Assembly: GCA_951406725.2 (NCBI GenBank)
Contig: OX597834.1
Coordinates: 42,098,001 to 42,162,000, forward strand
DNA from: Octopus vulgaris
Taxonomy: Eukaryota
DNA length: 64,000 nt
Reading direction: 5' to 3'
Shown one piece after another: positions 12,240-26,497 of the stretch (its first letter is position 1; every line of letters starts with the position of its first letter). Below the pieces are notes generated by a model. It worked only from the letters and a program-made list of their open reading frames with translations, was not told where the DNA came from and ran no database searches. Both the position numbers and the translations under genes were made by a program.

Positions 12240-12392
12240 AGTTTTTTTTGGCTTTTTGGTAAAGAAAGGAGCTCGACAGTGCTGCCCTCTTTCGCGTTTC
12301 CTGCCCTGATATAGGTTCATCTGAGACCTTGGATAGCAGAAGGTTAAGTGTTTTCCTGAAAACATCTACCCCTACTCTATGAAGATCCTTGA
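12240..12392 (-). mobile_element. 3-prime end remnant of a CR1/Jockey-group LINE
   Basis: Peptide DLHRVGVDVFRKTLNLLLSKVSDEP...RAALSSS resembles LINE ORF2 C-termini (recalled pattern). Confidence 0.5.
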
Positions 12393-12393
12393 G

Positions 12394-12577
12394 TAGGAGT
12401 GGCTGTGTGGTAAGTAGCTTGCTAACGAACCACATGGTTCTGGGTTCAGTCCCACTGCACGGCACCTTGGGCAAATGTCTTCTACTATAGCCTCGGGCCG
12501 ACCAAAGCCTTGTGAGTGGATTTGGTAGACGGAAACTGAAAGAAGCCTGTCGTATATATGTGTATATATATATATAC

Positions 12578-12627
<50 letters not shown>

Positions 12628-12838
12628 TTGTGTGTCTGTGTTTGTCCCCCCCAACATCGCTTGACAACCGATGCTGGTGTGTTTACGTCCCCCCGTAACT
12701 TAGCGGTTCGGCAAAAGAGACCGATAGAATAAGTACTAGGCTTCCAAAGAATAAGTCCTGGGGTCGATTTGGTCGACTAAAGGCGGTGCTCCCGCATGGC
12801 TACAGTCAAATGCCTGAAACAAGTAAAAGAGTAAGGAG
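12394..12838 (+). mobile_element. SINE family A
   Basis: Family A head, internal TA/TG tract and tail. Confidence 0.9.
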
Positions 12839-12907
12839 TATGCTTTGAATCCCAACCTATTGTAGTACATGGACACCACTTCAAAAATGATTGCTGGGAC
12901 CTTTGGA

Positions 12908-13169
12908 ACATCGCTGGTCACAATGCGCTTCGCATTGTTTTAACCTTCATGTGACGCCATCCCGCTGGCTAAGCGAGCAGGTCAACTGAAGGAAGAGTGA
13001 AAGAAAGTTGTGGTGAAAGAGTACAGCAGGGATCGCCACCACCCCATGCCGGAGCCTCGTGGAATTTTAGGTGTTTTCGCTCAATGAACTCTCACAACGC
13101 CCGCTCTAGGAATCGAAACCGCGATCCTACGGCCGTGAGTCCGCTGTCCTAACCACTGGGCCATTGTGC

Positions 13170-13172
<3 letters not shown>
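12908..13172 (-). mobile_element. SINE family C (tail type 2)
   Basis: Family C head at 13172 going down; tail ...GACCTGCTCGCTTAGCCAGCGGG...GTGACCAGCGATG. Confidence 0.85.
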
Positions 13173-13204
<32 letters not shown>

Positions 13205-13421
13205 CACACACACGCACACACACACACATATTGATATATGTATGTATATATTTATGTGCGTGTTTGTTCCCCCACCATCGCTTGACAACCGACGTTGGTG
13301 TGCTTATATCCCCCGTAACCTAGCGGTTCGAAGTCCTGGGGTCGATTTGCTCGACTAAAAGTAGTGCTCCGGCATGGTAGCAGTCAAACGAGCGATACAA
13401 ATAAAAGAATAAACGCATATT

Positions 13422-13474
<53 letters not shown>

Positions 13475-14677
13475 CGGTGACATGAACTGTACAGGTCTTT
13501 GTTAAGTTTCTACGTAATGTAATATAATTAACAAGGCATTTTGTGTGTTTGTGAGTGGTTGTGTAAAGGGTGTATAAACGTTTGTTAGGTTATTATTCAC
13601 GGTATGCGCTATATTAAAAAAAAAAATATTACTATTGTTCTCACTGCATATTTATTGTGCAGTGTTTGCGGTCTCGCTCAGCAGGTCTTGAACGTCTTTG
13701 CTCTTGGTATTGTTTACACCCTTGTTCAAAACTGATCCAGTTTATAAGTGTCGGTATATTTTCCTTGCTGTCGTCATCGTCGTAATAGCTGTTTCCGTTG
13801 TTGTTGTTATTGCCATTATTATCATCGACGTTGTTGTTCCTCTTGATATCGTCGTCTGAATCATCGTCGTCGTCGTCGTTGACGTAATTGTCATCGTCTT
13901 CGCTGATGTGTAGCCTCACGCCAGAGCTGGCTCGAGGCTAAGCAATACCTATAATCCTGCTCATGTCTTTGGCACTGTGTATCTTGGACTACATGATCCA
14001 ATGTGACTCTCTCTCTCCCTCTCTTTCTCTCTCTCTCTCTCTTTCTTTCTCTCTTCCTCTCTATCTCTCACGCACACACACACGTATATATGATGCTTAG
14101 TCATTCTGAGATCAACAACCTGGAGGTCAATATACATAGGCCTCAGAATAAAACATAAACTTCAGTATGAACTTCACCTTATGAGCTCCATTAGCTTACT
14201 GTCGTTTTCTGCTATATGATGGTGTGGACTCATAATCATCTGCATCTTATAGAAGAAACAGATGTAAGCTAATGAAATTCAGAAGATAATCGTTTATTCC
14301 TTTCCCATCTCATTTTCTTATATACGCTAATATATATATATATATATATATGTGTATGTGTGTGTGTGTGTGTGTGTGTGCGTGTGTGTGTATTTGTATG
14401 TGTTTGTGTGTATATGTATATGTGAAGCAAATAAGTAACAAGGATGTCAAGTTATTGTTTGTTCCTTCTCGAGCCATGCCTGGCTCATCAGGGCCGGTTT
14501 CCCGGTTTCCTTGGCGTATAAGTTACCCACCTGGACCGGACGTTGGGGTCGATTTGCTCGACTAAAGGCGGTGCTCCAGCATGGTCACAGCTAAATGAAG
14601 ACGTCTACTCTTAGCTATTCAGACATGTACTTAAAATTAAATATACTGTCCATAATATTTACACATCTATCTGTGTG

Positions 14678-14748
<71 letters not shown>

Positions 14749-15366
14749 ACACGTAGTCTAATGGCGTGGAGTCAATGTTTGACTAAACACCTCAAGACAC
14801 TACCCCAGCATGGCTGCAGACCATTGGCTAAACCATGTAAACACACTACAAGAAAGCAGTACAGTAGGACACCAAGTGAAGCGTAGCCAATTCTGAAAGA
14901 AAACAAGAGCGGGAGTGACGAATCTATCGTAGTGCTAAACCAGTACTTTATTCATCGAACTGGAGTTGATTTCCTCGGACAGAACTGAACTTGGAGCGCA
15001 GAGAGCCGAAACAAACATGAGGCAACGGATGCTCCAACACAAACAGTCACGTTGCTTTGTTCCAAATACACGTGCATTTTAATACCCACAGTATGTTGCG
15101 GCGATAATGTGCGCACGCGTGCGTGTGTGTGCATGGAGTAGGCTGCATGTGTTACGCGACACACAGACTGCAACTACTATTACTACTGCTACGACAACAG
15201 TTGTTATTGCATAACTTGGGTGCCCTGTACTCTGGCATAAGGTTAATCGGTCACCCAGTTGCGGAGGTAAAAATTAAACTTAATTTGCCGTTATGGCATT
15301 TCGTGTTCATTGTAAGTCAAATAAAATATATTAACTTCTTCCTTTCGTAATTGTTGTCCGGTAATT

Positions 15367-15409
<43 letters not shown>

Positions 15410-15520
15410 CACATACATATATATATCTATATGTATATATCTATATATGTATGTGTGTGCGTGCGCGCGCGTGCTTGTAAATACATCCACATATATATAT
15501 TTGTATGTATAAATGTATGT

Positions 15521-15574
<54 letters not shown>

Positions 15575-15737
15575 GAATGCATGAATATATGTATGCGTAT
15601 ATATATATATACACACACACATATATATATATGCATATATCTATGTTCACACACATACACTCACATCCGCACACACACACATATATGTATATATATATAT
15701 ACATATATATATATACATATACATACATACACACACG

Positions 15738-15799
<62 letters not shown>

Positions 15800-16112
15800 C
15801 AATATCTATGTAATGTGTATTATACATTATGTGTGAGAGTGTGCGTGAGTGTAATTCCGTTGTTTTTTCATTTGTCCGTTCCTTGTAATTTACTTCGGTG
15901 CCATCTGCAATTGTTACCTTTGCTCTTTACACAAACGCCTTTTGTGAGACACTTTCCATAAAGTGGACAGAACGTGCTCTTTCTACAATTGCAGCCAGTC
16001 AATTACCATGGGATATTTCTGTCTGTATGAGTTGGTTGTTCTCAATACATATATACGTACATGCATGCATACATACATAGATACATACATACATGCATGC
16101 ATACATGCATGT

Positions 16113-16149
<37 letters not shown>

Positions 16150-16643
16150 TATGTGTGTGTTTGTGTATTTATATATATGCATATATGTATGTATTTAAGA
16201 GCTGTAATAACCTTGTTAAGCCATAATTACTTATTAGTTCCATAATTACTTATTAGTTTCAAGAATACGCAAACAGGGCGAACGTTTTTGAAACATATAG
16301 TAATAGGTTTCTGTCTACTTGTTTCAGTCTTTGGATTGCGGCAAGGGTAGGACACCACCCTGAAGGATTTCGTCGAACAAATCGACCCCAGTACTTAATT
16401 TTAAGTTTGGTATTTAGTCCATCGGTTTCTTTTGCCGAACCGCTAGGTTAGGTGGGCTTAAACAAACCAACACATGCACACGCACGCACACACACATACA
16501 TACGACAGGCTTCTTTCAGTTTCCGTCTATCAAATACACACATAAGGGGCTGGTCGCCCCGGGGTTATAGTGGAAGCCACTTGCTCAATTGTCGTTATTA
16601 ATATTAATTTCCCGTGTTTTCCATGTTCCGTCTTTCATTTGTC

Positions 16644-16724
<81 letters not shown>

Positions 16725-16841
16725 AGTGTGTAAAAATACAAACAGAAACATGCTTAGATGCATATACGCATATATACACACTCACACGCACTTTTGTTTA
16801 ATTAGGGAATGACTTAGCTTTCAGACATGTTATACTAAAAC

Positions 16842-17318
16842 ATGCATAAGATCTGGTCATCAAATCTAAGTAGAGACTTCAAACTTGAAATCTTCAAAGC
16901 CACAGTCGAACCAATTCTACTATATGGCTCAGAAACCCTGACGTTATCAAAGAAGCTTGAGAGGCGGTTGGATGGAACTTACACTCGCCTCCTTATGAGA
17001 GCTCAAAATCTCTCGTGGAAGCGCCATCCAACCAAAATGCAAATATATGGGAAACTACCACCTGTATCCTCTCTTGTGAAAGGTAGGATAGTCCAGTTTG
17101 CTGGACATTGTTGTAGAGCTGAAAAAGAAGTAATTTCTACTCTTCTCCTCTGGAAGCCATCTGCTCGCAATACCAGAGGGCGCACACTCTCCTACCCTGA
17201 TGTAATCTCCAGGGATACAGGCATCCAGCAACAGGACCTCCGTAATGCCATGATGGACCGTGAAGTCTGGCGTAGCATGGTAAATTCCATTGTCTCGACC
17301 ATGGTCGAACAATGACTA
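16842..17318 (+). mobile_element. 5-prime truncated RTE-clade LINE (C-terminus of the RT ORF)
   Basis: Open 157-aa frame with KLEIFKATVEPILLYGSETLTL, FAGHC and AMMDREVWR, typical of an RTE C-terminus. Confidence 0.85.
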
Positions 17319-17878
17319 TGCTGAAGTATAATTTTCGTTTATTATCTTTTTAAAAAATATTCCCATATTAGTCCCTAATGTATGATTTGACACGGCGGCC
17401 TTCCGGAATCCATTTGTCTGAAGTTTCGAGACTTTCACGATCTTATTTTCAAAAAAAGCTTGTTGCAATGTCATAAGTTTTGCCATAAGCCGAGAAGGCC
17501 TCGAGAATGAATGACAAAACCCTCAGCACTCGTTATAAAATTATATTACTATAAATCATATTTTGCATGTTCAACATAGGCTTTTCTCATGCATAGCCGT
17601 CGTCAGGCGACAATAGATTATAGTTTTGTGGGAAAGGTTCTTTTGTGTCCCGAATGGCATAAGTCCGTCTTATTGGTTGTCTGAAACCATTTCTGTGGTT
17701 TGCTAATGTTCTGTTTTATGAGTTTTTTAAAAGGGCGTGTGTGTGTGTGCGTGTGTGTGTATGTATATGCATGTGTAAGTATGTATATATGTATATATAT
17801 ATCATCACCATTATACTGAGATAGTAACATGTTATATAGTGAGAAACAAAAAAAAAAGTATATATGTATACATACATA

Positions 17879-17914
<36 letters not shown>

Positions 17915-18284
17915 CATACACACACACAAACACACATATATGTATGTATGTATATTGGAATCGTAAAATCACTTGAAAACCATTAAAAGCACATAAATTC
18001 AAGTTACTGTGCAACAAATAAGAATAAAATCATATAAAATCATATTAAAATATGTATTGTAAATGTTAAGATACGCACCATAAAATAGTGTAGCTTAGTG
18101 AACAAATTCATGAAATCAGCTGTGTTACCTTATTTATCGCTCTTTCGGAGCTCATATTGCACTGTAGTTCCAATATCTACCGTTAGACGTCGGTGTCACT
18201 CGTGATTCCCGCGATTATTTTGAATTCAAATTTGGCTACGTTTGTTTCTCGGCTGCTTTCTCATTCTCATTCAATTTTGCCCCC

Positions 18285-18809
18285 ATGGCTCCTAAGAAAA
18301 TCCGTACTGAAAGTGCTAAGCGTCATGCTATAATAATGCTGGAAGATAAACTGGATGTGATAAAACGCCATGAAAAAGGTGAAAAAGGGATAGCAATTGC
18401 ACGATCTTTTGCGATGAGTCGAACAACTGAATCAACGATTGTATATAATAAGGACAAGATTTTAGCACATAGCAAAACTGTCATCAATAAGAGAATAGAG
18501 AAGTACCCCAAGGAGAAGGTTTTACTTATCTTAGATAATGCTCCTGGCCACCCGCAATGTACACTAAGACACAGACAAGTTGTATTCGTAAATTTAGATT
18601 ACCTTTTTTTTTACTGTGCTGTATTAAAAAATAAAAATTATTTGTTTCTAGGCTTAAAATAGGGTCTTTATTAACCATGCATTATTGAAAATGCATTCAT
18701 AAATAAAGTACAGAACTGGGAATGGCTATTATCCGTTTAGCCTAGAGACAAGTAAATTCGACTTAAGTTGTGTTTGCTGGAATCAATTAACGACGTAAGG
18801 TGAGGTATG

Positions 18810-18812
<3 letters not shown>
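18285..18812 (+). mobile_element. Internally deleted pogo/Tigger transposon
   Basis: CENP-B-type HTH (LEDKLDVIKRHEKGEK...IARSFAMSRTT) fused directly to the DDE motif KVLLILDNAPGHP. Tigger-like right TIR GAGGTATGCCT at 18802-18812; left end not located. Confidence 0.85.
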
Positions 18813-18854
<42 letters not shown>

Positions 18855-18858
<4 letters not shown>

Positions 18859-18926
18859 CTACACTATGTAAGTATTGTAAGCATATATATATATATATGC
18901 TTACAATACTTACATAGTGTAGTGAA
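18855..18926. repeat. Perfect 72-bp palindrome centred on (AT)8
   Basis: TTCACTACACTATGTAAGTATTGTAAGC-(AT)8-exact reverse complement. Confidence 0.97.
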
Positions 18927-19414
18927 GGCACATGACTAGTTAGAACATCGGGCTCACTAACATGAGGTCATGAGTTCGATTCTTGGACCGAGTTGCGTGT
19001 TGTGTTCTTGAGCTCAGCTCTTGGATAATATCGGTGGTGCGGACACGGTGGAGAATGAAGTGAAGAATATTTGGCTAATAATTCAAGTAAGTTGAGCAAC
19101 TGTACAGAGTAAGAACCAACGAAGGTGTCTTTAAATTATTGCTCAACCTGGCAAGAATAGCCACGAAATCCTCTTGGAGCTGCGTCCCCACCGTCTTTGC
19201 AGACATTGGGATAATGTGACACTGAAAGGCGTTAATTTATTGGCCGGGGACAGCTGAGATCAGGCTAAACAGCAACAACAACCACTTAAGTTTCCTCATC
19301 CTGAGCTTACCTTGATATGAACAAAAGAACTCCACTCCCTTCTACATCTCCTCGAAATCAGTCCAAGCTTTTCAGTATTCTTAGCTTTTTATAAGAAAGC
19401 CATTTGTCTATTAT

Positions 19415-19760
19415 ATACACAGGGTTATTTCAAAAATAATGAACCGATTTCATTACGCAATATTTTAATTAGGAAAAGCAGAAGAAAACTCCAGCTAAGT
19501 CACAAGTATTTACTCACAATCAACTTTTATTTCTTGACTTACAAGTGTTCGAAGTGGCCACCACCGGCAGCACGGTCAGTATCAATGCAATAAGAAGAAT
19601 TCCTCCCTGACGCGTATCAGCATATCACGATCCACTGAGTTTGATCGCTGTTGTTATTCGATGTTTAAGGAGTGACAGCCATTCAAAACATAGAAAACTA
19701 CCCGCTACCCACCAACCTCGATTACCTTAAACATCGAATAACAACAGCGATCAACTCAGT
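19415..19760 (-). mobile_element. 3-prime remnant of a Tc1/mariner element with a local inverted duplication
   Basis: Minus strand gives LKHRITTAI...RAAGGGHFEHL with frameshifts, ending in a TIR-like CAGGGTTATTTCAAAA terminus. 19634-19670 is repeated inverted at 19725-19760. Confidence 0.7.
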
Positions 19761-20134
19761 AGTTAAAAAAATATGCTATTTGGGTGACCGAAACTAATAA
19801 AAGAATAAAAGATTAAATCGCTTGTGGTGATGACGCCATTGCATAACTTCACGCATGAATGGCAGCCAACGCTAGGAAAAGATTCTCACTGTGAAAGAAA
19901 GAAGAGTTAAAGTTATGAAGTTATTTAATATCTGGAATTACGTAGACGTACTTGTGTGGTGAGACAGGACAGAGAGTCAGTCTGACAGACAGACACATAG
20001 ACGGACAGGTGGCTATAAAGAGAGGTAGACACGGACAGATAGATAAGCAGACAGACAGATAGACGGACAGACAGATAGACAGACAAGTGTCTATAAAGAG
20101 AGGTAGACACGGACCGAGAGACAAGCTGACAGGC

Positions 20135-20385
<251 letters not shown>

Positions 20386-21302
20386 TATATTACAATTAAT
20401 AAGAGGGATGACCACTAAAGTGGATTCCTATACGCTAGAGATAGACGTCAAATAGCCTTACCACCTAACAACTTTGCAAACCTGCTTAGTCGTTTCCATC
20501 TGCGTAAAAGGTACAGACAGGATTTTCCGAACATTGACTGTGAAAGAATGAAGAAACCACAGTGATGCATCTAGAGCATACCTAGACACAGCTTTCGTTA
20601 GTCAAAGAATATTAACAGTGAAAAATTAGCTTTGTAGACCAAAAATTTGGTATTTACAGGGAATCGACTTAGAATTCGTCGGGAAGGATGTTGTTACTAA
20701 AAGCTGAACATTTCTTCTGAAAAGATGCGCAAAGCTACAGAAACCGGTTTGGGACGGGAATGGAACTCAACAAGCGGTTACGGGGCGCCATGGGGAGAGC
20801 AATTAGTTAGCAATTAAAACGATAGAGAAAATAGATTAGTAAGTAAGTGGGGTGATTAAAAAAGGAATTGTAACCGACGTAACAGCGGCGAGAATGGTAC
20901 TCGACCGTTTCTTCAAAGCGAAGCATGAAGATTGTGTTGTCAGAATTTAAAGCCAAATCCGATTGATAGCTCCGGGCAGCGGAAGTGTGACATGGAAACA
21001 TAATAAACATCCGGTTTAGATGCCCTTAGCTGGCCAAAATAATGTCTTCACCACTTGACCCTTTCTAACCTCTTCTACTTCACCAAAAGCTAGAATAGAG
21101 ATAACAAGACCACCAACTAAATCTATTGTTCTCAACGATATGTCTATCCTTCTGGATCTTAATATAAGCAAGCACATCCCAAGCAGTCACCAGCCGGGTG
21201 ACGACTCAACGATGTCTAGCTGACCAGCTAGAACCTTGGTCAGAGGCAACTGTCAGACAACACCCTAAAATTCTCTCTCGCTCCAATTCTGTTCTCTCAC
21301 AG

Positions 21303-21521
21303 CAGTGCTTTTCGAACTTTTTGCTGGAGCGGAACCCCAAGGAAACATTCCACTGGCTCGAGGAACCCCTGTGCAATAATTTAATAGTCTTATGCACACA
21401 TATCTGCACAGGAGAATTAAAAATTATTGCCGATCTTAGCAGTTTTGTAACTTCTTGCGGAACCCCTGGACTGTACTGGCGGAACCCTAAGGTTCCACGG
21501 AACCCTGGTTGAAAACCACTG
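21303..21521. mobile_element. hAT-type MITE
   Basis: TIRs CAGTGCTTTTCGA / TTGAAAACCACTG, an 8-bp TSD TCTCACAG / TCTTACAG, and subterminal GGAACCC repeats. Confidence 0.88.
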
Positions 21522-21977
21522 TCTTACAGCATCGGTCTATCTGTCCCAGCAATTACTATTAACAATTTGTGTTCGCCAAACCAAGTACAAAACAGTTCTC
21601 CCACATCTAACTTAACTTTCGCATGCTTTTGGATTTATCATAACCTGTCCGTCGAGGCAAGGTATTTTAACGTAACGGTAAATAAACAATTTCCATAAAA
21701 CTTCGTAAATATTCAAACAATTTGTTTTTAATAGCATAATCTATGCTATTGATGAGTTTATGTTATTAAAGGGTAGAAAATATTGAAAAAAGCATCAATA
21801 CTCGTTACAGTGGAAAAGAAACCCTAGAGGTAGTCATGTGATATGCTAGAAACAACAGCTAAATATTTTCCGTCCGAAAATATTTACTGTTTTTTTTTTT
21901 TTTATCGAAAAGGGATTCTCTAATGGATTTAAGCGCGTGGTGACCAACCCGCTCTCAACCATCGTCGGACGTAGTAT

Positions 21978-22310
21978 CCACAAAACTGACCAAAATCGGT
22001 GTGTGTGTGTGTGTGTGAGTGTGTATGCGCGTGATTGTGTGTATACGTGTGTGTGTATGTGTATGCGCGTGTGTGTGCATGCGTGTGATTGTGTGTATAC
22101 GTGTGTGTGTGTATACGTGTGTGTATGTGTATGCGCGTGTGTGTGTATGCGTGTGTGTGTGTGTGTATGCGTTTATGTGTATGCGTGTGTGTGTGTATGC
22201 GTGTGTGTGTGTGCATGCGTGTGAGTGTGTGTATGCGTTTATGTGTATGCGCGTGTGTGTGTGTATGCGTGTGTATGTGTATGCATGCGTGTGTGTATGC
22301 GTGTGTGCCT
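21978..22310. repeat. Compound (GT)n/GTATGC microsatellite
   Basis: Seen directly. Confidence 0.95.
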
Positions 22311-22504
22311 GAGTCTATGTAAAGAAAAACAATTTTTTGCCAATTTTTTTTGCTAAAAATATACTCCAGAGCATTTGCAAGGACTCTGTGAAAAATAATC
22401 TGAAAAATCCCCGTCAAAACTTATAAATTCCTCTACAGCCCAGGGCCAACCAAAGTCTTGTGAATGGATTTGGTAGACGGAAACTGAAAGAACCCCATCG
22501 TATA

Positions 22505-22560
<56 letters not shown>

Positions 22561-22563
22561 CTA

Positions 22564-22611
<48 letters not shown>

Positions 22612-22875
22612 CATCTATCTATCTATCTATCTATCTATCTATATATATATATATGTGTGTGTGTGTGTTTGTGTGTCTGTGCTTATCCCCCCACCGTCGC
22701 TTAACAACCGATGTTGGTATGCTTATGTCACCGAAACCTAGCGGTTCGGCAAAGTACAGCGATAGAATAAGTACTAGGCTTACAAAGAATAAGTCCGGGG
22801 GGGGCGATTTGTCGGACTAAAGGCGGTGCTCCAGCATGGTCGCAGTCAAATGATTGAAATAAATAAAAAGAAAAT

Positions 22876-22919
<44 letters not shown>

Positions 22920-23207
22920 GTGTGTGTGTGTGTGTGTGAGTGTGTGTGTGTGTATTTTAAATTACTGTGAAAAGCGCATTTATATACATTCACATGCAAA
23001 TGGATGTATATGTGTGAATGTTTTATACATGCATATATACATACATACATTCACACATACACATACACATATATATATATGTATGCATGCATATCTATGT
23101 ATGTGTGTATGTATGTATGTATGTATGTATGTATGTGTGTGTGTATGTATGTATATAATTATATATATAATGCAAACATGCTTACACGCACACACACACA
23201 CACACTG

Positions 23208-23252
<45 letters not shown>

Positions 23253-24118
23253 ATGCAAACATGCTTACACGCACACACACACACAGACACACACACGAAT
23301 AAATGTCTGTTAAACAAGGGGATAAGTCAGTCCACTCGGCGAATTAGCCTAACACGCTCTGATCACGTGAAACATTTGTTACGTAACTGCCGAGACCACG
23401 AGGTGGAATTATGATAGACCTGCCTTTCATATCTCACAGCACTGCCACCCGCGCCGCCTCCACCCGCCCCACCGCCGCCGCGCCTCCGCCGCCATCATTT
23501 CCACCACCACCACCATCATCATCATCACCAGACTCTCCAAAGCAAACACCGATTGTGGCACCACCACCTCCACCACAATATCCCACTCACCCCATCTTGA
23601 CCAAAATTTTCTCAGACCCTCCCCCCTCCAATCACTATTTCCTCCAGCGCTCCTGTCTGGCCTCCACCGTCTTTCTCAAATCCACCCCGTTATCCCTTCC
23701 TATGCTAATACCCGTATTAATTGCGGGATGCGGGCAATTTTCCCGTTGTGCATTATTTTTGTTTGTTTCTTTACAAAAAACGGAAGTTTTGGCTTTTTGT
23801 TGTTGTTGTAGGTTAGACAATACCTGCTTGACCAGATCTATGACCAAAAGCACCCGTTTCCTACCATGCCCATCATGCTGATTTTTTAAAAGAAATACAA
23901 TTCTGCAATATGCAGTGCTCTTTTTCTAAGTATTAGGATGTATGATTTGAGGGAGATTTGGCTGCTATCTCTGTCATTCCCTCAATACAATCCTTACTCA
24001 AGTCTGAAAGAAAAAAAAGGGAGTCCTGAAGGATATACAAATCAAAAGGTCAGTCTCAGCAGCGTTGCTCGAGGGGTCAATGGGTGTTGCTCTTATGGTG
24101 ACGGCACTTTGGGGTCTG

Positions 24119-24320
24119 TACGAGAGGGGTGCGGGAAAGTTTCTGGTTCTGAATAAAAGAAAATACAGAAAGACCAGTTAATAATGATTTTATTCAACAT
24201 ATTCCTCCCTCAGATTCACGCACTTATTGCAATGGTCCTTCAGTTTTTCTAAGTCCTGTAAAAGAACTCGGAATGTTGGGCCCCCAACCAGTTTTTTCGC
24301 GACACCCTTAAAGCCAGTAC
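24119..24320 (-). mobile_element. Mariner 3-prime remnant
   Basis: C-terminal LEKLKDHCNKCVNLREEYVE-stop followed by a TIR-like end next to TA. Confidence 0.7.
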
Positions 24321-26119
24321 CCCTTAGTATAGGTTGCGGGATCCTGGGAGAAGCGGTGAACTCAAGGGCTGCCAAAGACGACACACACACACAGACACGC
24401 GGGCGCGCTGGCTATGTCACTTACGGGCCGAAATGAACCATAAACTGGATCTCACGGGCCGCGGATAGGGATAATTTGTTCTAAACAAAATGTATAAAGG
24501 GCCCCAAAATACATTTACCAACTCTGAGCGCATGCTAAGTAATATAATCTTTAGCTGTGTGGTTAATAAACTTGCTTTACAGCCGTTTAGTTTCCGGTTC
24601 AGTCTCACTGCGCGGCACCTTGGAAAAGGGTTGCACGATTCTTTGTGCCACCCAGGGGAGAAAAAATCGAAACATCTCTTTTCATCAAGGGTTATTTTTT
24701 ATATTTATTTTCATTTTTAAAAAGTGCAGACGCTATAATAATTGTTTGTCACATCCATAATTTCAACCATAAGTTGAAATCTCATCATCGAAAAGTGCCG
24801 TAAAATATTCACTTCCTGTTGATGACGGCCGTATCCATATAAAAGTTTTGAAACATTAATTAATAATGATTCCTTAAGGGTCAAAGTTACCCAAAAGTTG
24901 AAAACTAGGAAGCAAATGAAAACAAAAATGGTGAAAAACAGACGAAGAAAAAACCCTACGTAAATTTCAAAACGGCAGAATTGTGTTGATGCCTGATGTG
25001 TTTCCCCGTTTTGCGGAAACAGGCTTTAGCATATTCCTGGTCATCGTGAAGTATAGATCCTCCGAGTACTTATAAAACCATTCGTGGAAGTTTTTCAGGT
25101 GTTTTCCGAATATGATACACTGGGCGATCAAGACACGATACATCGTAATCTGACGCTGTCCTTGGCAGCCCCTGTTCCCACGAAAAATGATAAATGAAAT
25201 GAAGGGGGCTTCCTCATAATTGTTGGTTTCAGCAATTTCGAAGGAGAGGTTAAGTTGATTACATCGATCACAGTGTTCAATTAGTATTTCTTTTATCGAC
25301 TCCGTAAAGATGAAAGGCAAAGGTCGACTTGAATTTGAACTCAGAACAAGAAGACGGACGAAAAGCAGTTCAGCATTTTGTCCGGCTTGCTAACGGCTCT
25401 GCCAGCTCGTTGCCTTAGTTCACATAGAACAATACTGATTTCAAATTTTGGCACAAGGCCAGCAACTTCAGGTGGGGGCTGTGTGGATTGGTCGATTATA
25501 TCGATCGCAGTCCTCAGCTAGAAATGAAAGGTAAAGTCGACCTTGGCTGAATTTGAACTCAGAACGTGAAGACGGACGAAATGCCGCTAAGTATTTTGTC
25601 CGGCAAGCTAACAGTTCTGCCAGCTCGCTACCTTGTACTTCCTCTTAATTATTGAACCTGCGATTGACCTACAATCGTTATCAGAATTGATCAATGAATT
25701 TTTTATACACAGCTGTGCACATGACTTAAATGTAAATTTATCGATTTAAAATTTGACCTGGTATATTTTTATCTCTTAATTGTTTCCTTCACTGGACTGC
25801 GGCCATGCTGGAGCACTGCCTTGAATGGTTTTAGTCGAACAGATCGCACCCCCACCAGTAGTTTATTTTTTAAAGCCTTGTACTTATTATATCTGTCGCT
25901 TTTGTTGAACCGATACGTTATAGGAATGTAAACAAACCAACATCGGCTTGACAGTCGATGTTGGTTTGTTCACATAAGAAGTCCCTTGAAATCAAACTTA
26001 AAGATTACGTTACTAAATTTTGGTGGAAAATATCACCATAGTTAATACGCGAACCAGTTTTACAATGACGATATCGTCATATCTGCTGTCGATGCTCTGT
26101 TTTAACCAACAGAATGAAA

Positions 26120-26353
26120 GACGGTGAGCTGGCAGAAACATTAGCACGCTGAGTGAAATGCATAGCAGTATTTTGTCTGCTGTTACGTTCTGAGTTCAAA
26201 TTCCGCCGAGGTCATATTTGTCTTTCATCCTTTCGGGGTCGATAAATTAAGTACCAGTTGCGTACTGGGGTCGATCTAATCGAGTTAATCCGTTTGTCTG
26301 TCCTTGTTAGTCCCCTCTGTGTGTAGCCCCTTGTGGACAGTAAAGAAATAAGA
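26120..26353 (+). mobile_element. SINE family B, full length
   Basis: GGTGAGCTGGCAGAA head, GAGTTCAAATTCC B-box and AAAGAAATAAG tail. Confidence 0.88.
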
Positions 26354-26359
26354 ATGAAA

Positions 26360-26497
26360 GCTTCTTTACCAATGAAATCCAAGTACTGCAATACCAATGG
26401 AAAAAGTGTGTGGACTGCAAGGGAGACTATGTTGAAATATAAACCTCATTTGGTCATATTCCATGAGAGTATCTTGGCCAGTCTATGAAGTTTTCCG
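26360..26497 (+). mobile_element. Mariner 3-prime remnant
   Basis: Translates to LQYQWKKCVDCKGDYVE, a mariner C-terminal signature. Confidence 0.7.

Noticed and set aside
13641-13919. Asp/Asn-rich ORF
   Set aside because: Degenerate trinucleotide repeat.
20480-21290. Possible Penelope-like coding remnant or hidden exons
   Set aside because: Too degenerate to support by eye; no convincing motif or splice pair.
23411-23881. Proline-rich 156-aa ORF in a GC-rich patch
   Set aside because: Low-complexity CCG/CCA tract with no recognisable domain or exon boundaries.
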